A stretch of DNA of 62,860 nucleotides, counting the filler, from Basidiobolus ranarum (lineage: Eukaryota), in assembly GCA_040143965.1 (NCBI GenBank). It is 53 parts of 53 records of this genome, joined end to end, with 100 filler letters (N's around TTAATTAATTAA, not from the genome) between each part and the next. Parts side by side here need not be neighbours in the genome. Positions count along the whole stretch, not along the records: positions 35,715 to 36,801 come from JASJQH010013377.1; positions 36,902 to 37,987 come from JASJQH010013378.1; positions 38,088 to 39,173 come from JASJQH010013379.1; positions 39,274 to 40,359 come from JASJQH010013380.1; positions 40,460 to 41,545 come from JASJQH010013381.1; positions 41,646 to 42,731 come from JASJQH010013382.1; positions 42,832 to 43,917 come from JASJQH010013383.1; positions 44,018 to 45,103 come from JASJQH010013384.1; 45 more parts are not named here. One strand, written 5' to 3'. Positions 35,715 through 48,759 of the stretch are shown piece by piece. Below the pieces are notes generated by a model. It was not told where the DNA came from. It did not search any database and saw nothing but the letters and a program-made list of their open reading frames with translations. The position numbers and the translations under genes were made by a program. The number at the start of each line of letters is the position of its first letter. Position 1 is the stretch's first letter.

Positions 35715-36801
35715 AGAATAGCAAGTCTGTATCAACACCAATGGATTCTAATGTGAAATTAATTAAAATTTCCTCTGATTTGGCCCAAAATGACTCAAAT
35801 CAAAGCCAGGAGTTCCCTTATCACTCCATGGTTGGTAGTTCAATTCATACAATGGTTGGAACACATCCAGACATTGCTGTGGCAGTGGGTGCTGTCAGCC
35901 AATATCTCAAAAATCTATGATCTGAGCACAAAAATGCAGTAAAACAAATACTCAGGTATTTGAGAGGAACTGTAGATCTACTTCTGGAAAACTCTGCCAC
36001 TCCTGATGCACAAAATTTTGAAGGCTACAGTGAGGCAGACTGGGAAAGAAACCTTGATGATAGAAGATTGACAACTGGATACACATTTCTCTACGGTAAT
36101 GGAGCCATAACTTGTAATAGTAAGAAGCAACCAACCATAGCACTTTCCACTACAGAAGCAGAGTATATGGCTGCCTCTGCTACTACACAAGAAGCTATGT
36201 CGTTAATGAAGTTATTTACAGATTTAGGATACATGCAAAAATGTGATATTACTGTATTTGAAGATAATCAAAGTTGTATTTCATTAGCTAAATATCCTAT
36301 ATTTCATGCTAGAACAAAACATATAGATATTATGAATCATTTTGTTAGAGAAGCAATAGAGAATGATATAATTGAACTTGTTTATTGCCCTACTGACGAA
36401 AGGATAGCTGATATCTTAATCAAATCTTCAGCTAAAGCACAATTTGAATTATTAAGATATAAGTTAGGTTTAAGAGAAATACAAAATAATTAGTTGAGTG
36501 GAAATGTTGAAGTTAGGTGAATAGCAATTCATTATCTAGTAGTTAATTTATTCATATTTTGATTATTTAGTACTCAATTCTGTCATTCAAAAATGTGTGT
36601 TTATGGCTCTAATTGATAGAAATATCAATTAGATCACTTTTACCAATTTTCACTATTTTCACAAAACTTCTCCAAATCACCTCCAATCTTCACTCATGCT
36701 TAACAGGCATGTTTGTTATGATCTAAGCACGTCCATTAGTCCTATCTCATAGTAAACTATAAATAGGACATATACAATTCAATAAAACCCAAGTGTCTAA
36801 T
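35715..36801 (+). mobile_element. Copia-A RT end and RNase H (to 36493), PPT and 3' LTR-A (from 36505)
   Basis: [42 protein letters not shown] then TGTTGAAG. Confidence 0.95.
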
Positions 36802-36901
36802 NNNNNNNNNNNNNNNNNNNNNNNNNNNNNNNNNNNNNNNNNNNNTTAATTAATTAANNNNNNNNNNNNNNNNNNNNNNNNNNNNNNNNNNNNNNNNNNN
36901 N

Positions 36902-37987
36902 CTGTAGAGAGATATAAAGCTAGATTTGTGGCTAAAGGATACACTCAAATGGAAGGAGTGGACTACAATGAAACTTTTGCTCCTGTAGCAAAGTTTAATT
37001 CCATCAGAACCGACCAGCAGTAGCAGCAAAACACAGCTTAAAAATCCACCAAATGGATGTTAAAACTGCTTTTTTGAATGGGGACTTGGAAGAGGATATA
37101 TTCATAGACCAACCAGATGGTTTTGTGGATCCTGAGCACCCTGAGGACATGTGTAAGCTACAAAAAGCACTATATGGACTTAAACAATCACGCGGGGCCT
37201 GGTACACTATGATAGCTACCTACTTGGAATCACTTGATTACCAAAAGAGTACGGTGGATTTTGGGATCTACTTTAAGACAGATAAGGACAGTAAGGTGAT
37301 ACTTGCCTTTTACGTAAATGATCTGATTTTAGGTAGCAATCATGATGAAGCTCTCAGGAACACCAAAAGAGATCTATCAGTCCAAATCAAGATGACCAAT
37401 TTAGGCAAACTTACGTATTTTTTAGGTCTGCAGATCCATACAGATATATTCAGGAAATCTATTACTCTAAATCAATCTAAATACATCTCAGATATTCTCA
37501 GATGTTACAGGATGGAGAATTGCAAGCCAGTAGCAACTCCCATGGATCCAGATGTGAAACTAGTCAAAAATCCCATCAAAAATGAGAAAATTGGCCAAAT
37601 ATGGCTCAAAATATGTCATTTGAAAGCCCTGAGTTTCCTTGTCAATCTATGGTAGGTGGTTTGATCTATGCTATGACTGGAACCCGGCAAGATATCTCTT
37701 TTGCAGTGGGAGTAGTCAGCCAACATGTGCAAAACCCAGGATCTGAGCATTATGCAGCAGTTAAGCAGATTTTCAGATATTTGAATGGGATAATTGATCC
37801 GGGATTAGGATCCATATATTCTTACAAGAATAAGGATCTAATTGGGTTTAGTGATGCAGATTGGGGATGTGATATTGAGGACAGAAGATCTATCACCAGA
37901 TCTATCACCAGATATATCTTTCTCTACAGTGAAGCAGCCATATCTTGGAATAGCAAGAAGCAACCCACCATAGCACTTTCATTAACT
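36902..37987 (+). mobile_element. Ty1/Copia reverse transcriptase
   Basis: [35 protein letters not shown]. Confidence 0.95.
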
Positions 37988-38087
37988 NNNNNNNNNNNNN
38001 NNNNNNNNNNNNNNNNNNNNNNNNNNNNNNNTTAATTAATTAANNNNNNNNNNNNNNNNNNNNNNNNNNNNNNNNNNNNNNNNNNNN

Positions 38088-39044
38088 AATGTAGACAAAA
38101 TCCTTAGGAAAAAGATATTTAATCACATTTATTTATCATGATACAAGAAACACCGGGGTTGACTTTATGGAAAGAAAAAAAGAAGCTCTCTCTATCTTTA
38201 GAGATTTTAAAACACTTGTGGAGACTGAAACTGGAACTAAAATCAAGAAAATACATACCAATAATAGTGGCAAATATATTTCAACACTATTTGAGCACTC
38301 TTGCAAAGTTCATGGAATTAACCAAGAAATTACTGCCCCTTATTCACCTCAACAAAATGGAGTTGCTGAAAGAGCTAACAGGACTATAATAGAAATGGCA
38401 AGATCTATGATAAATGCACAAAATTTATCACATAACTTTTGAACTGAATCTGTTGCTACTGCTGCATATCTGAAGAATAGGAGTTTTACCAGAGGTCTGA
38501 CTAACTCTACACCATATCAAGCTTGGTTTGGAGTTAAACCTGATGTAAAATATATGAGGATCTTTAGATGCATTGCTTATGTCAAAATTATGACCAAAAA
38601 TTGGTCTAAATTTGATCCAAAAAGTAAGAAATGCATTTTTCTGGGTTATTTTGCTCAAACTAAGGCCTACAGACTCTATGACACCAAAATTTCCAAGTTA
38701 ATCAAGCCCTGGCATGTGTTGTTTAATGAAAATGAAAAAGTTTCATCCAAAAAGACCTTAAATGATGATAAAAACCAATTTTCTCCTGATCCAATCATTC
38801 AAATTAATTCAAAGCCAAAACAATTGAGAAAACAGCATTCCTGTGGACCCTTCAATCAAACTTTTGCCTACTGAAGTGCCTAATACAGTGCCAGAAGTTG
38901 TAGTACTTTAATACCAAACCAGGAGATCAAATTGGATCAGTAATAGCCCTGATTACTATATCATTGAGTCTCACAATTGGGCCTATGCTAGCACAGCTCA
39001 AATACATGAATCCCAGACTGTAAAACAGGCCCTGAATGGCCCTT
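38088..39044 (+). mobile_element. Ty1/Copia integrase, degenerate
   Basis: TAPYSPQQNGVAERANRT, SKFDPKSKKCIFLGY. Confidence 0.92.
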
Positions 39045-39064
39045 GTTATGCATCAACATACAAA

Positions 39065-39173
39065 GGACTTGTTCTCTGTGATAATGCCAGATTGTGCTGT
39101 ATATATTATATTGGATAAAGTATTCTAAAACTTATGCGGCACAATTTGGCACTATCCATCACCCTCTGGCATG
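39065..39173 (+). mobile_element. 182-bp Harbinger-like MITE, left part (cut by the contig end)
   Basis: GGACTTGTTCTCTGTGAT.. matches 44217 onward. Confidence 0.85.
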
Positions 39174-39421
39174 NNNNNNNNNNNNNNNNNNNNNNNNNNN
39201 NNNNNNNNNNNNNNNNNTTAATTAATTAANNNNNNNNNNNNNNNNNNNNNNNNNNNNNNNNNNNNNNNNNNNNTCAAGAAACCACCCTCACACCATCAAA
39301 ATCCCTGGCAGAATGCAAGCCACCAATATTGTGATGGTTCTCTGATGGTTTTGCTAGTTTGCAGGATAGATCTGATCCGGATCAAATTGATATTATTTTT
39401 GATAGGGGTAACTGTGGTAAC

Positions 39422-40290
39422 TGTTAGAAGATCTTGACATACTGGGGGTAGACTTTGGGTATTAGATGCAACTTATGATGGTGTGTTTTAGTTACTTTAT
39501 TCTTAAGAGTATACAGTGACTTATATAGTAGAGAAGTGAAGCAATTGTTTGAGCTATTCAGGAGCTTGTGTAATAAGATATATTTATAGGTGGGGGTAAT
39601 AAGACATACATGTTATATAGATACAGACATATTTCTATTTATAATAAAGGGGCTGTAGATACATTGCTTTCTGCTTCTGATATATATATCATAACTCAAG
39701 TTAACCATGATGTTGAATAAAGATTAATTATCCAAAACCTTTGCTTAATTCATGTTCAGTATTGTGCTTACATTCACTAATGCCTATTCCTGCTTTTAAC
39801 TTCTCAAAGCTTGAAGTTTTGAGTGGTTTTGTTAGTATATCTGCAAGCATGTAATCAGTATTACAATAAATGAAGTTCACTTCTTTGTCTCAAACTTTCT
39901 TGGGTATAAAATGATGTCTTATGTCAATATGTTTCATCCTTGAGTGATGCTCAGGATTTTTGGCGATCTGACAACAACTGTTATTATCTTGCTATACTGG
40001 GGTAGGATTAATTTGATCATGTTCTAATTCCTTGAGAAGACTCCTTAGCCATATAGCTTCTTGAGCAGCCATAGTGCTTGCCATATATTCTGCTTCTGTA
40101 GTTGACAATGCAACAGTTTGTTGTTTCTTGCAAATCCAGCCAACTGGCCCACATGCTAGCCTAAACTCATATCCACTTCTGCACCTATGGTCTTCTGTAT
40201 CATTAGCCCAGTCTGCATCAGTATATCCTTCCATAGTAAGTGACTTGTTGTACTGCTTACTAAATTTAATTCCATGATATATTGAGTCCT
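39422..40290 (-). mobile_element. Copia family D RNase H and 3' LTR (about 39422-39737), inserted in family G
   Basis: [40 protein letters not shown]; the LTR is also seen at 43738-43917. Confidence 0.85.
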
Positions 40291-40459
40291 TATGCAGTTC
40301 CTTATTGTGACAGTTTGATCAGACTACTTATACTTGCCTGTAGACTTCTCTCCATCCCTNNNNNNNNNNNNNNNNNNNNNNNNNNNNNNNNNNNNNNNNN
40401 NNNTTAATTAATTAANNNNNNNNNNNNNNNNNNNNNNNNNNNNNNNNNNNNNNNNNNNN

Positions 40460-41200
40460 AACAAAACCATTGTCTTCTTCAACTTCTCATATACTACCAT
40501 TGGTACTGGAATAACAGAGATTAAATCTAGCAGCATGTCCTCAAAGTTGTCTGGACTTAATGGTTTTACCAAAGTTGCATTTCAACCTAAATCATTCTGG
40601 TCATATAACTGTGGTGACTCCATGGTATCTTGACATCACCTGATTTTGAGACTGTGTCACAGATGCGTCATCAGGGGATTTACAAGAAATATCTGGTAAT
40701 AGATTGCAATTGTAGTTTGCTATAAGCTGTTTCTGAGCAATTTAAATACATCAAGTTTGTCATCTGAAAATTATAATGCCATCCAAAAAGTATTCAAAAT
40801 CTAAATCAAAATCAGTTTCTAAGCCAAAGCCTGCTCCACAAAAGGAAAAAAACCAGCAAGAACAGAGGACTTAACTGATGAGCAGTCTAGTGAACCACTT
40901 TCCACTTTGGAAGGTGTTAACATGCCAGAAACCAACTCAAGTAATGATGAAGCATTGATCAATTTATGAGATATGTTCCTTTCCAGCAAAATGCAGGTGA
41001 AGACATTTTAATGCCCTGATTACATAGTAAATCTATAGTTGAGCAAAGTTCAACCAAATCACCATCAAGACCATCAACTTCCAAAATGGCTACTTTGCTC
41101 ACTATTGAAAAACCCTCCATAGTAAATTTGGATCAAATTATTACAACAAGCAAATCACAGGCAGAACACCATAATGATTTGTATGCAATCATAAGTAACC
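40460..41200. mobile_element. EnSpm deletion derivative (transposase 5' end deleted; promoter and ORF2 start kept)
   Basis: Aligns to 46590-46770 and then jumps to about 47070. Confidence 0.7.
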
Positions 41201-41645
41201 AGGTATGTCAATTGGAAGAGTGCTAAATTTGGAAGTTTATCCAACACCTGGCACCTCTCAACAAGCCAAAACACCAGCAAATAAAACTCACAGCTCTTGA
41301 GCCTCAACTGGTACTTTCAAAGTGTTGAAGTTAGCCCCAAAGTTACAGGCAAGCAAAAAGCCACACAAACACCACAAAGCACCCTCAGTAGTGTCACACT
41401 ACAAGAACATGTGAAAATAGTAAAAGTGCTTGAGGTTTATGGAAAAAGTATGAAGGGAAAAATGCAGTGCAAGTATGCAGAAAGTGGCTTCAGAAGAAGA
41501 ACATTCCACTTGACGTTCAGTCTGGTGTTGGCCATGCAATATATCNNNNNNNNNNNNNNNNNNNNNNNNNNNNNNNNNNNNNNNNNNNNTTAATTAATTA
41601 ANNNNNNNNNNNNNNNNNNNNNNNNNNNNNNNNNNNNNNNNNNNN

Positions 41646-41744
41646 AAGGGATACTCAACAAATGATCAATCCTGGGAGCCAGCAACAAATCATTATAATT
41701 CCAAGGAACTTTGCCAGGATTTTTATAAAGCCTACCCAGAATAA
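41646..41744 (+). mobile_element. Chromodomain at the end of a chromovirus (Gypsy) integrase
   Basis: KGYSTNDQSWEPATNHYNSKELCQDFYKAYPE*, followed by the PPT AAAGAAGGGGA. Confidence 0.8.
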
Positions 41745-41789
41745 CCTGGCCCTATGATGTCTAGAAGCTATCACTAAAGAAGGGGATAC

Positions 41790-42334
41790 TGTCATGATTC
41801 TGATCTTGGCATATTGATCCACTGCAAATAGAACTCTTCTATTATTAGACTACAACATTGTATCTGCTGTGCCATCCCTTCTTGGCAATCTGGTGTCATT
41901 TCATCCAGATTACCTTATATGGAAGTCATGTTCTTTGGAACATTCCATGAAACCCAACCAATCAAGTCATCCCACACACAGTGTGTTTTCACCAACACCT
42001 TCCATGGAAGGTCACCTGACCATCCTTACATCATCCCTCTTTGTATTGGTCCTTGTAGTCCCTACCACCCTGACTCTTGAACTTGCCAGAGTATATTCCC
42101 TATTAAGTATATTATGTTTCACCTTGCAATATCTATATAAGCCCCATGTATTCCTTGATCAGACCTCAGCCTGATCAATGCCAGTTATCAATAAAGATTC
42201 TTGCCAAGGTATCTTCCTTGTGCTGTCTTGTCTTGTCTTGTCTTGTCTTGTCTTGTGGTCTACACCCAAGTACTCTCCTGCCTTCTAGCCTCTTGTTGTT
42301 GTTTCCAGTCCTTGTCCAGTTCCTTATTGTGACA
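41790..42334 (+). repeat. Gypsy LTR family E, complete 3' LTR (545 bp)
   Basis: TGTCA..TGACA termini; internal (GTCTT)6 tract; inserted in EnSpm ORF2. Confidence 0.9.
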
Positions 42335-42731
42335 CATATCTGGTAAATGGATTAATGCTTCATCATTACTTGAGTTAGTTTCCAGCATGTTAATGCCTTG
42401 CAAAGTGGATAGTGGATTGCTAGACTACTCATCAATTAAGTTGTCTGTTCTTGCTGATTTTTTTCCTTTCATGCCAGCAGGCTTTGGCTTGGAAGCCTAT
42501 CTTGACTCAGATTTTGAACGCTTTTTGAATGGCATTGAGACTTTCAGATGGTAAACTTGGTGTAATGAAATTGCTTAGAAACAGCTTATGATAAACCAAA
42601 ATTGCCATCCATAACCGGAAATATCTTGAAAATCCCCTGATGACTCATCTGTGACACCATATCAGAATCAGCAGATAATTTTGATGGGCTATACCTAATA
42701 TTCCACCCGTATGTGGGAGGTGCTCTTGTTT
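42335..42731 (-). mobile_element. EnSpm ORF2 start and promoter
   Basis: Reverse complement of 2430-2825. Confidence 0.75.
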
Positions 42732-42831
42732 NNNNNNNNNNNNNNNNNNNNNNNNNNNNNNNNNNNNNNNNNNNNTTAATTAATTAANNNNNNNNNNNNN
42801 NNNNNNNNNNNNNNNNNNNNNNNNNNNNNNN

Positions 42832-43917
42832 GTCAAGATGTAAACAAACTAATGTGTAGAATATGTTAAGGAAGGTCCCAGGAACATGTGTGCAAAGTTT
42901 GGGGCTTCTAGCACAAGTTTGAAAAATCTATATATCTGAGAATTCCTAAGTTGGTAAAAATATTCAAAGTAAATTACAATTGAGAATAATTGATAATATC
43001 TTAGTGAGTTATAAGATAACTAAGTACTAAGCTATATATGACTATATAGGTGTTTTGGCAATGCTAATTTCAACAGATATCACCTATTATTCTCAATGAA
43101 ACTGTTTCAATACACTTTTACCCACTTAGAAGTTCTCAGCTATATAGATTTTTCAAAGTTGTGCTAAAAGCCCCAAACTTTGAACACATGTTCCTGGGAC
43201 TTTGCTTAACACATTCTACATGTCAGTTTGTTTACATATTAACAAAACTATAAATGTAAACTAAATATTCAATAAATCTGTTAAAGTATTTAGGAGCCTG
43301 TTGGAAGTGGTTTGGAGAATTAGAGAAATTGGTGTTTTTCACTTAATGATTTATAGAGTATTCAGTTGACATTTCTAGTTTTGTCATGATCTAAGCAAAT
43401 TATGTGTAGAATGTGTTAAGAAAGATCCTAGGAACATGTGTGAAAAGTTTGGGGCTTCTAGCACAAGTTTGAAAAAATATATATCTGAGAGCTTCTAAGT
43501 TGGTAAAAATATTGAAAGTAAATTCCAATAGAGAATAAGGGATAGTATCTTAGTGAAATATGAGATGACTAAGAACTAAGCTATATATGACTATATTAGT
43601 GCTTAGGCAATGCTAATTTTAACACTCTCCCTCAACTAAATAGTCATATAAACTAATCCTAATACAGGTGTAAATTTCTCAAATTTCTGTCTAGCTAATG
43701 GTTTGATTAATATATCAGCAATCATGTCTTCTGTAGATGTTGGAGGATCTTGACATAATGGGGGTAGACTTTGTGTATTAGAAGCAACTTATGATGGTGT
43801 GCTTTAGTTACTTTACTCTTAAGAGTATATGGTGACTTATACAGTGGAAAAGTAAATCAATTGTTTGAGATATTCAGGAGTTTGTGTAATAAGATAAAAT
43901 AGATAAGTGGGGGTAAT
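42832..43917. repeat. LTR cluster: three LTR-C copies (42832-43075 minus, 43076-43278 plus, 43279-43624 minus), RNase H end, and LTR-D (43738-43917)
   Basis: Direct and inverted internal matches; PPT and ADILIKP remnant at 43625-43737. Confidence 0.85.
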
Positions 43918-44017
43918 NNNNNNNNNNNNNNNNNNNNNNNNNNNNNNNNNNNNNNNNNNNNTTAATTAATTAANNNNNNNNNNNNNNNNNNNNNNNNNNN
44001 NNNNNNNNNNNNNNNNN

Positions 44018-44602
44018 TCTTTTTCTTTGACACATTCCATGACACCAATCCAATCAAGTCATCCCACTCTTAGTGTATTTCCACCAAGTTCTTCCATCAA
44101 AGGTCACCTGAGCATCCGTACATCATCCTTACATCATCCCTCTTTGTATTGGTCCTTGTAGTCCCTAACACCCCAACTCTTAAACTTGCCACAGTATATT
44201 CTCTATTCAGTATATTGGACTTGTTCTCTATGATAGTGCCAGATTGTGCTGTATATATTGTATTGGATAAAGTATTCTAAAATTTATGCGGCACAATTTT
44301 GCACTATCCATCACCCTTCGGCATGATCAATTTCAATTACATTTACTCTAAGATATTGATCCAAGGTCCAATAAATCTTGGCACAATGGAACAAGTCCAT
44401 TATGTTTCACCTTGCAATATCTATATAAGCCCCTTGTATTCCTTGATAAGACCTCAGTCTGAACAATGCCAGTTATCAATAAAGATTCTTGCCAAAGTAT
44501 CTTTGTTGTCCAGGCTTGTCTTGTGGCATACACCCAAGTACTCTCCTGCCTTCTAGCCTCTTGTTGTTGTTCCCAGTGCTTGTCCAGTTACTTATTGCAA
44601 CA
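44018..44602 (+). repeat. Gypsy LTR-E (partial) carrying a MITE
   Basis: Matches 41930-42334. Confidence 0.88.
44217..44398 (+). mobile_element. 182-bp PIF/Harbinger-like MITE
   Basis: 10-bp TIR GGACTTGTTC; ATT target duplication; empty site at about 42105-42125. Confidence 0.9.
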
Positions 44603-45103
44603 TAAACCTTGTTGTTTATGTCAGTTTTGAGTGTCTTAAACCAATTTTTTTGATTATAGAAATGTTGAGAGGCTCCAGAATCAATATAGCACAACCTACA
44701 ACCTTGTTCAGAGGTCACTGATAGGGCAGAAATGAATAAAACTTCCTCTTTGGTTGAAACCTGATTTGCTTGCTCTAACTTCTCACTTTTGTTGTAATTT
44801 CTTGATTTTCAATCTTTTAACTGGTGTCCTGGTTTGTTGCAACCATAGCATGTACCTGGTTTCCTTCTTTTGTGACCTGTGTACTTGCCAAATCTACATT
44901 TTCCAGTTCCAAAAAGAGCCACTTCATCAGATTCTTTTTCCAAATTTTTACTTCTGAGGTGTTGATCCATTAGCATTGATACCACAAACTCCAAAGACAA
45001 CTTGTCAGATCTTGCTTCCAAAGCTGTGACCAAGTTTAAATACTGCTCTGGTGTATTACTTAGAAGGGACATAATGACATCTTCTTCCTGTAAAGTTGCA
45101 CTA
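44603..45103 (-). mobile_element. Copia gag C-terminus, zinc knuckle and protease
   Basis: CYGCNKPGH and YIDSGASQH. Confidence 0.9.
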
Positions 45104-45203
45104 NNNNNNNNNNNNNNNNNNNNNNNNNNNNNNNNNNNNNNNNNNNNTTAATTAATTAANNNNNNNNNNNNNNNNNNNNNNNNNNNNNNNNNNNNNNNNN
45201 NNN

Positions 45204-46288
45204 TAAAACACTTGTGGACACTGAAACTGGAACTAAAATCAAGAAAATACATACTGATAATGGTGAAGAATATACTTCAACACTATTTAAGCACTTTTGC
45301 AAAGTTCATGGAATCAAGCAAGAAACTACTGCCCCCTGTTCACCTCAACAAAATGGAGTTGCCAAAAGTGCTAACAGGACTATAATATAAATGGCAAGAT
45401 CTATGATGAATGCACAAAATTTATCTCATAACTGTGGGGTGCAATCTGTTGCTACAGCTGTCTATCTGAAGAATAGTAGTTTTACTTGAAGTCTGTCTAA
45501 CTCAATGCCATATTAAGTTTGGTTTGGAGTTAAACCTGATGTAAAACATTTGAGGATCTTTTGATGCATTGTTTATGACAAAATTAAGACTAAAAATTGG
45601 TCTAAATTTGTTCCAAAAAGTAAGAAATGCATATTTCTGGGTTATTGTACTCAAACTAAGGCCTACAGACTCTACGTTACCAAAATTTCCAAGTTAATCA
45701 AGTCCAGGGATATTTTGTTTAATGAAAATGAAAAATTTCACCCAAAATGACCTCAGACAATGACAAAAATCAATTTCTCCTGATCCAGTCATTCAAATTG
45801 ATTCAAACCAGAACAATGAAGAGAATAGCATTCCTGTGAACCTTCAACCAAAATAATGCCTACTGAAGTGCCAAATACAATGCCAGAAGTTGTGGTACCT
45901 TCATCCCAAAGCATGAGATCAAATTTGATCAGAAATATCCCTGATTACTGTAACAATGAGTCCCAAAATTGGGCCTATGCCTGGACAGCTCAAAAGCATG
46001 TACCTCAGACTGTAAAAGAGGCCCTGAGTGGCTTTCACACAAAATTTTGGAGATCTGCAATGGCTGATGAGTACCAGGCTTTGATTGATAATCAAACTTC
46101 AATTTTAAACAACTTACTTGACAACAGAAAATCCATTGGCTGCCAATGGGTGTTTGCATTTATATAAAACTCTGATGGCAATATAGAAAGGTACAAGGCT
46201 AGACTAGTAGCCAAAGGCTATTCCCAAACACCAGGAATAGATTATACAGAAACTTTTGCACCTGTTACAAAGTTTGATTCGATTAGAT
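45204..46288 (+). mobile_element. Copia integrase to RT start, degenerate
   Basis: [35 protein letters not shown]. Confidence 0.92.
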
Positions 46289-46388
46289 NNNNNNNNNNNN
46301 NNNNNNNNNNNNNNNNNNNNNNNNNNNNNNNNTTAATTAATTAANNNNNNNNNNNNNNNNNNNNNNNNNNNNNNNNNNNNNNNNNNNN

Positions 46389-47473
46389 TGATTGACAAGT
46401 GTTTTCCACTTGTACCAGGTCTGTGGCAAGCAACAGTTGCCAATCAACTGTGGTAAAAGTGTAAGAAAACCAATAAACACCTGGTTACTAAGATTGGATC
46501 AAACTCTCCACTCCTCAATAATCAAAGCTGCTTCCTTTACAGTAAGTCTTATGAGTGGACTAATGTTTGCCAATAACAAAGAGTCCATAACAAAACCATT
46601 GTCTTCTTCTTCAACTTCTGATATACTACCATTGGTACTGAAATAACCAAGGTCAACATCTAGCAGCAAGTTCTCAAAGTTGTCTGGACTTACTGGTTTG
46701 ACCAAAGTTGCATTTTGACCTACATCATTCTGGTCATATAACTGTGGTAACTCCATGGTATCTTGACTTTTGGCAGTGTTACCAAGCCTTTGAGGCAAAC
46801 TACAGTCAGTGGACTCAATGGGAAAAACTAAAGTTGATTTAGTGTACTTATTACTGTTGTTATACACCAGGCTTTGTGCAGCTGGTAGCTTTGTACAGTG
46901 ACCATGCTTGTGATTATTTTTTCTATGAAGCCTCTGGCTTTCATAGCACAAGAATTTGCAACAATAATAGCAGGGCTTCTTTAAATGTTTGTGTTGTGGA
47001 ATGACAAGGATATTGTAGAAAAAAGAACACCTGCATGTAGGGTGGGATTTTAAATATAACCCATCAATGTCATCAGCTGATTCTGAGATGGTGTCACAGA
47101 TGAGTCATCAGGGATTTACAAGATATTTCCAGTAATGGATGGCAATTTTTGTTTATTTTAAGCGGTTTCTGAGCAATTTCATTACACCAAGTTTACCATC
47201 TGAAAATTTTAATGCCATTTAAAAAGCATTCAAAATCTAAGTCAAAATCAGCTTCCAAGCTAAAGCCTGCTGGCACAAGAGGAAAAAAACCATCAAGAAC
47301 AGAGGACTTAATTGATGAGCAGTCTAGCAATCCACTATCCACTTTGGAAGGCATTACATGCCAGAAGCTAACTCAAGTAAAAATAAAGCATTAATCAATT
47401 TACCAGATGTGTTCCTTTCCAGCAATAGTTCAAGTGAAGAGATTGTAATCCCCCAATTACGTAGTAAATCAAT
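46389..47473. mobile_element. EnSpm element: transposase 5' part (minus) and ORF2 5' part (plus, from 47212), head to head
   Basis: ORF 46499-46951 (-) joins the Tnp2 sequence of 26792-27253; MPFKKHSKSK on the plus strand. Confidence 0.8.
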
Positions 47474-47573
47474 NNNNNNNNNNNNNNNNNNNNNNNNNNN
47501 NNNNNNNNNNNNNNNNNTTAATTAATTAANNNNNNNNNNNNNNNNNNNNNNNNNNNNNNNNNNNNNNNNNNNN

Positions 47574-48496
47574 TTTGAACGCTTTTTGAATGGCATTGAA
47601 ATTTTCAGATGGTAAACTTGGTGTAATGAAATTGCTTAGAAACAGCTTATAATAAACCCAAATTGCCATCCATTACCGGAAATACCTTGTAAATCCCCTG
47701 ATGACTCATCTGTGACACTGTCTCAGAATCAGCTGATGATATTGATTGGCTATGCCTGAAATACCACCCTTATGTGAGAGGTGTTCCTTTTTCTACAATA
47801 TCCATCTCATGCCACTGCACAAACATTTAAAGAAGCCCCACTATTATTGTCACAAATTCTTGTGCTATGAAAGCCAGAGGCTACATAGAAAAGATGACCA
47901 CAGACATGGTCACTGTACAAAGCCGCCAACTGCACAAAGCCTGGTGTGTAACAGCAGTAATAAGAGTATTCAATAGACTTTAGTTTTGCCCATTGAGTCC
48001 ACTGACTATGGTTTGCCTCATAGATTTGGTAACACTTCCAAAAGTCAAGCTACCGTGGAGTTACCACAGTTATATGACCAGAATGATTTAGCTAAAATGC
48101 AACTTTGATTGAACCAGTTAGTCCAGACAACTCTGAGGACTTGCTGCTAGATGTTAACATCTGTTATTCCAGTACCAATGGTAGTATATTAAAAGTTGAA
48201 GAAGAAGACTATGGTTTTGTTATGAACTCTTTCTTTACAGCAAACATTAGCCCACTCATAACACTTACTGTTAAGGAAGCAGCTTTGCTTATTGAGGAGT
48301 GGAATGTTCATTTGATTCTTAGCAATCAGGTGTTTATTGGTTTTCTCACACTTTACCACAGTTGATTAGCAACTGTTGCTTGCCACAAACCTGGTAAAAT
48401 TGGAAAACACTTGTCAGTTGTATGACTTATAATCCTTCAGTAATTAAACTACCTTCATGTCCAAATGGTTTTTTGGCTTTCACCAATGGTCTGAAA
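47574..48496 (+). mobile_element. EnSpm promoter and transposase 5' part; LTR-A inserted at 48497
   Basis: Reverse complement of the 46389-47230 region. Confidence 0.8.
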
Positions 48497-48759
48497 TGTT
48501 GAAATTAGGTAAATAGCAACTCATTATTTAGTAGTTAGTTTATACACATTCTGATTATTTAGTACTCAATTCTGTCATTCAAAAACGTGTGTTTATTGCT
48601 CTAATTGATAGAAATATCAATTAGATCACTTTTACCAATTTTCACTATTTTCTCAAAANNNNNNNNNNNNNNNNNNNNNNNNNNNNNNNNNNNNNNNNNN
48701 NNTTAATTAATTAANNNNNNNNNNNNNNNNNNNNNNNNNNNNNNNNNNNNNNNNNNNNT

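Noticed and set aside
41397-41407. CACTACAAGAA, identical to the start of the En/Spm TIR
   Set aside because: Lies within family H sequence that appears to read through it; no insertion boundary or partner TIR is visible.
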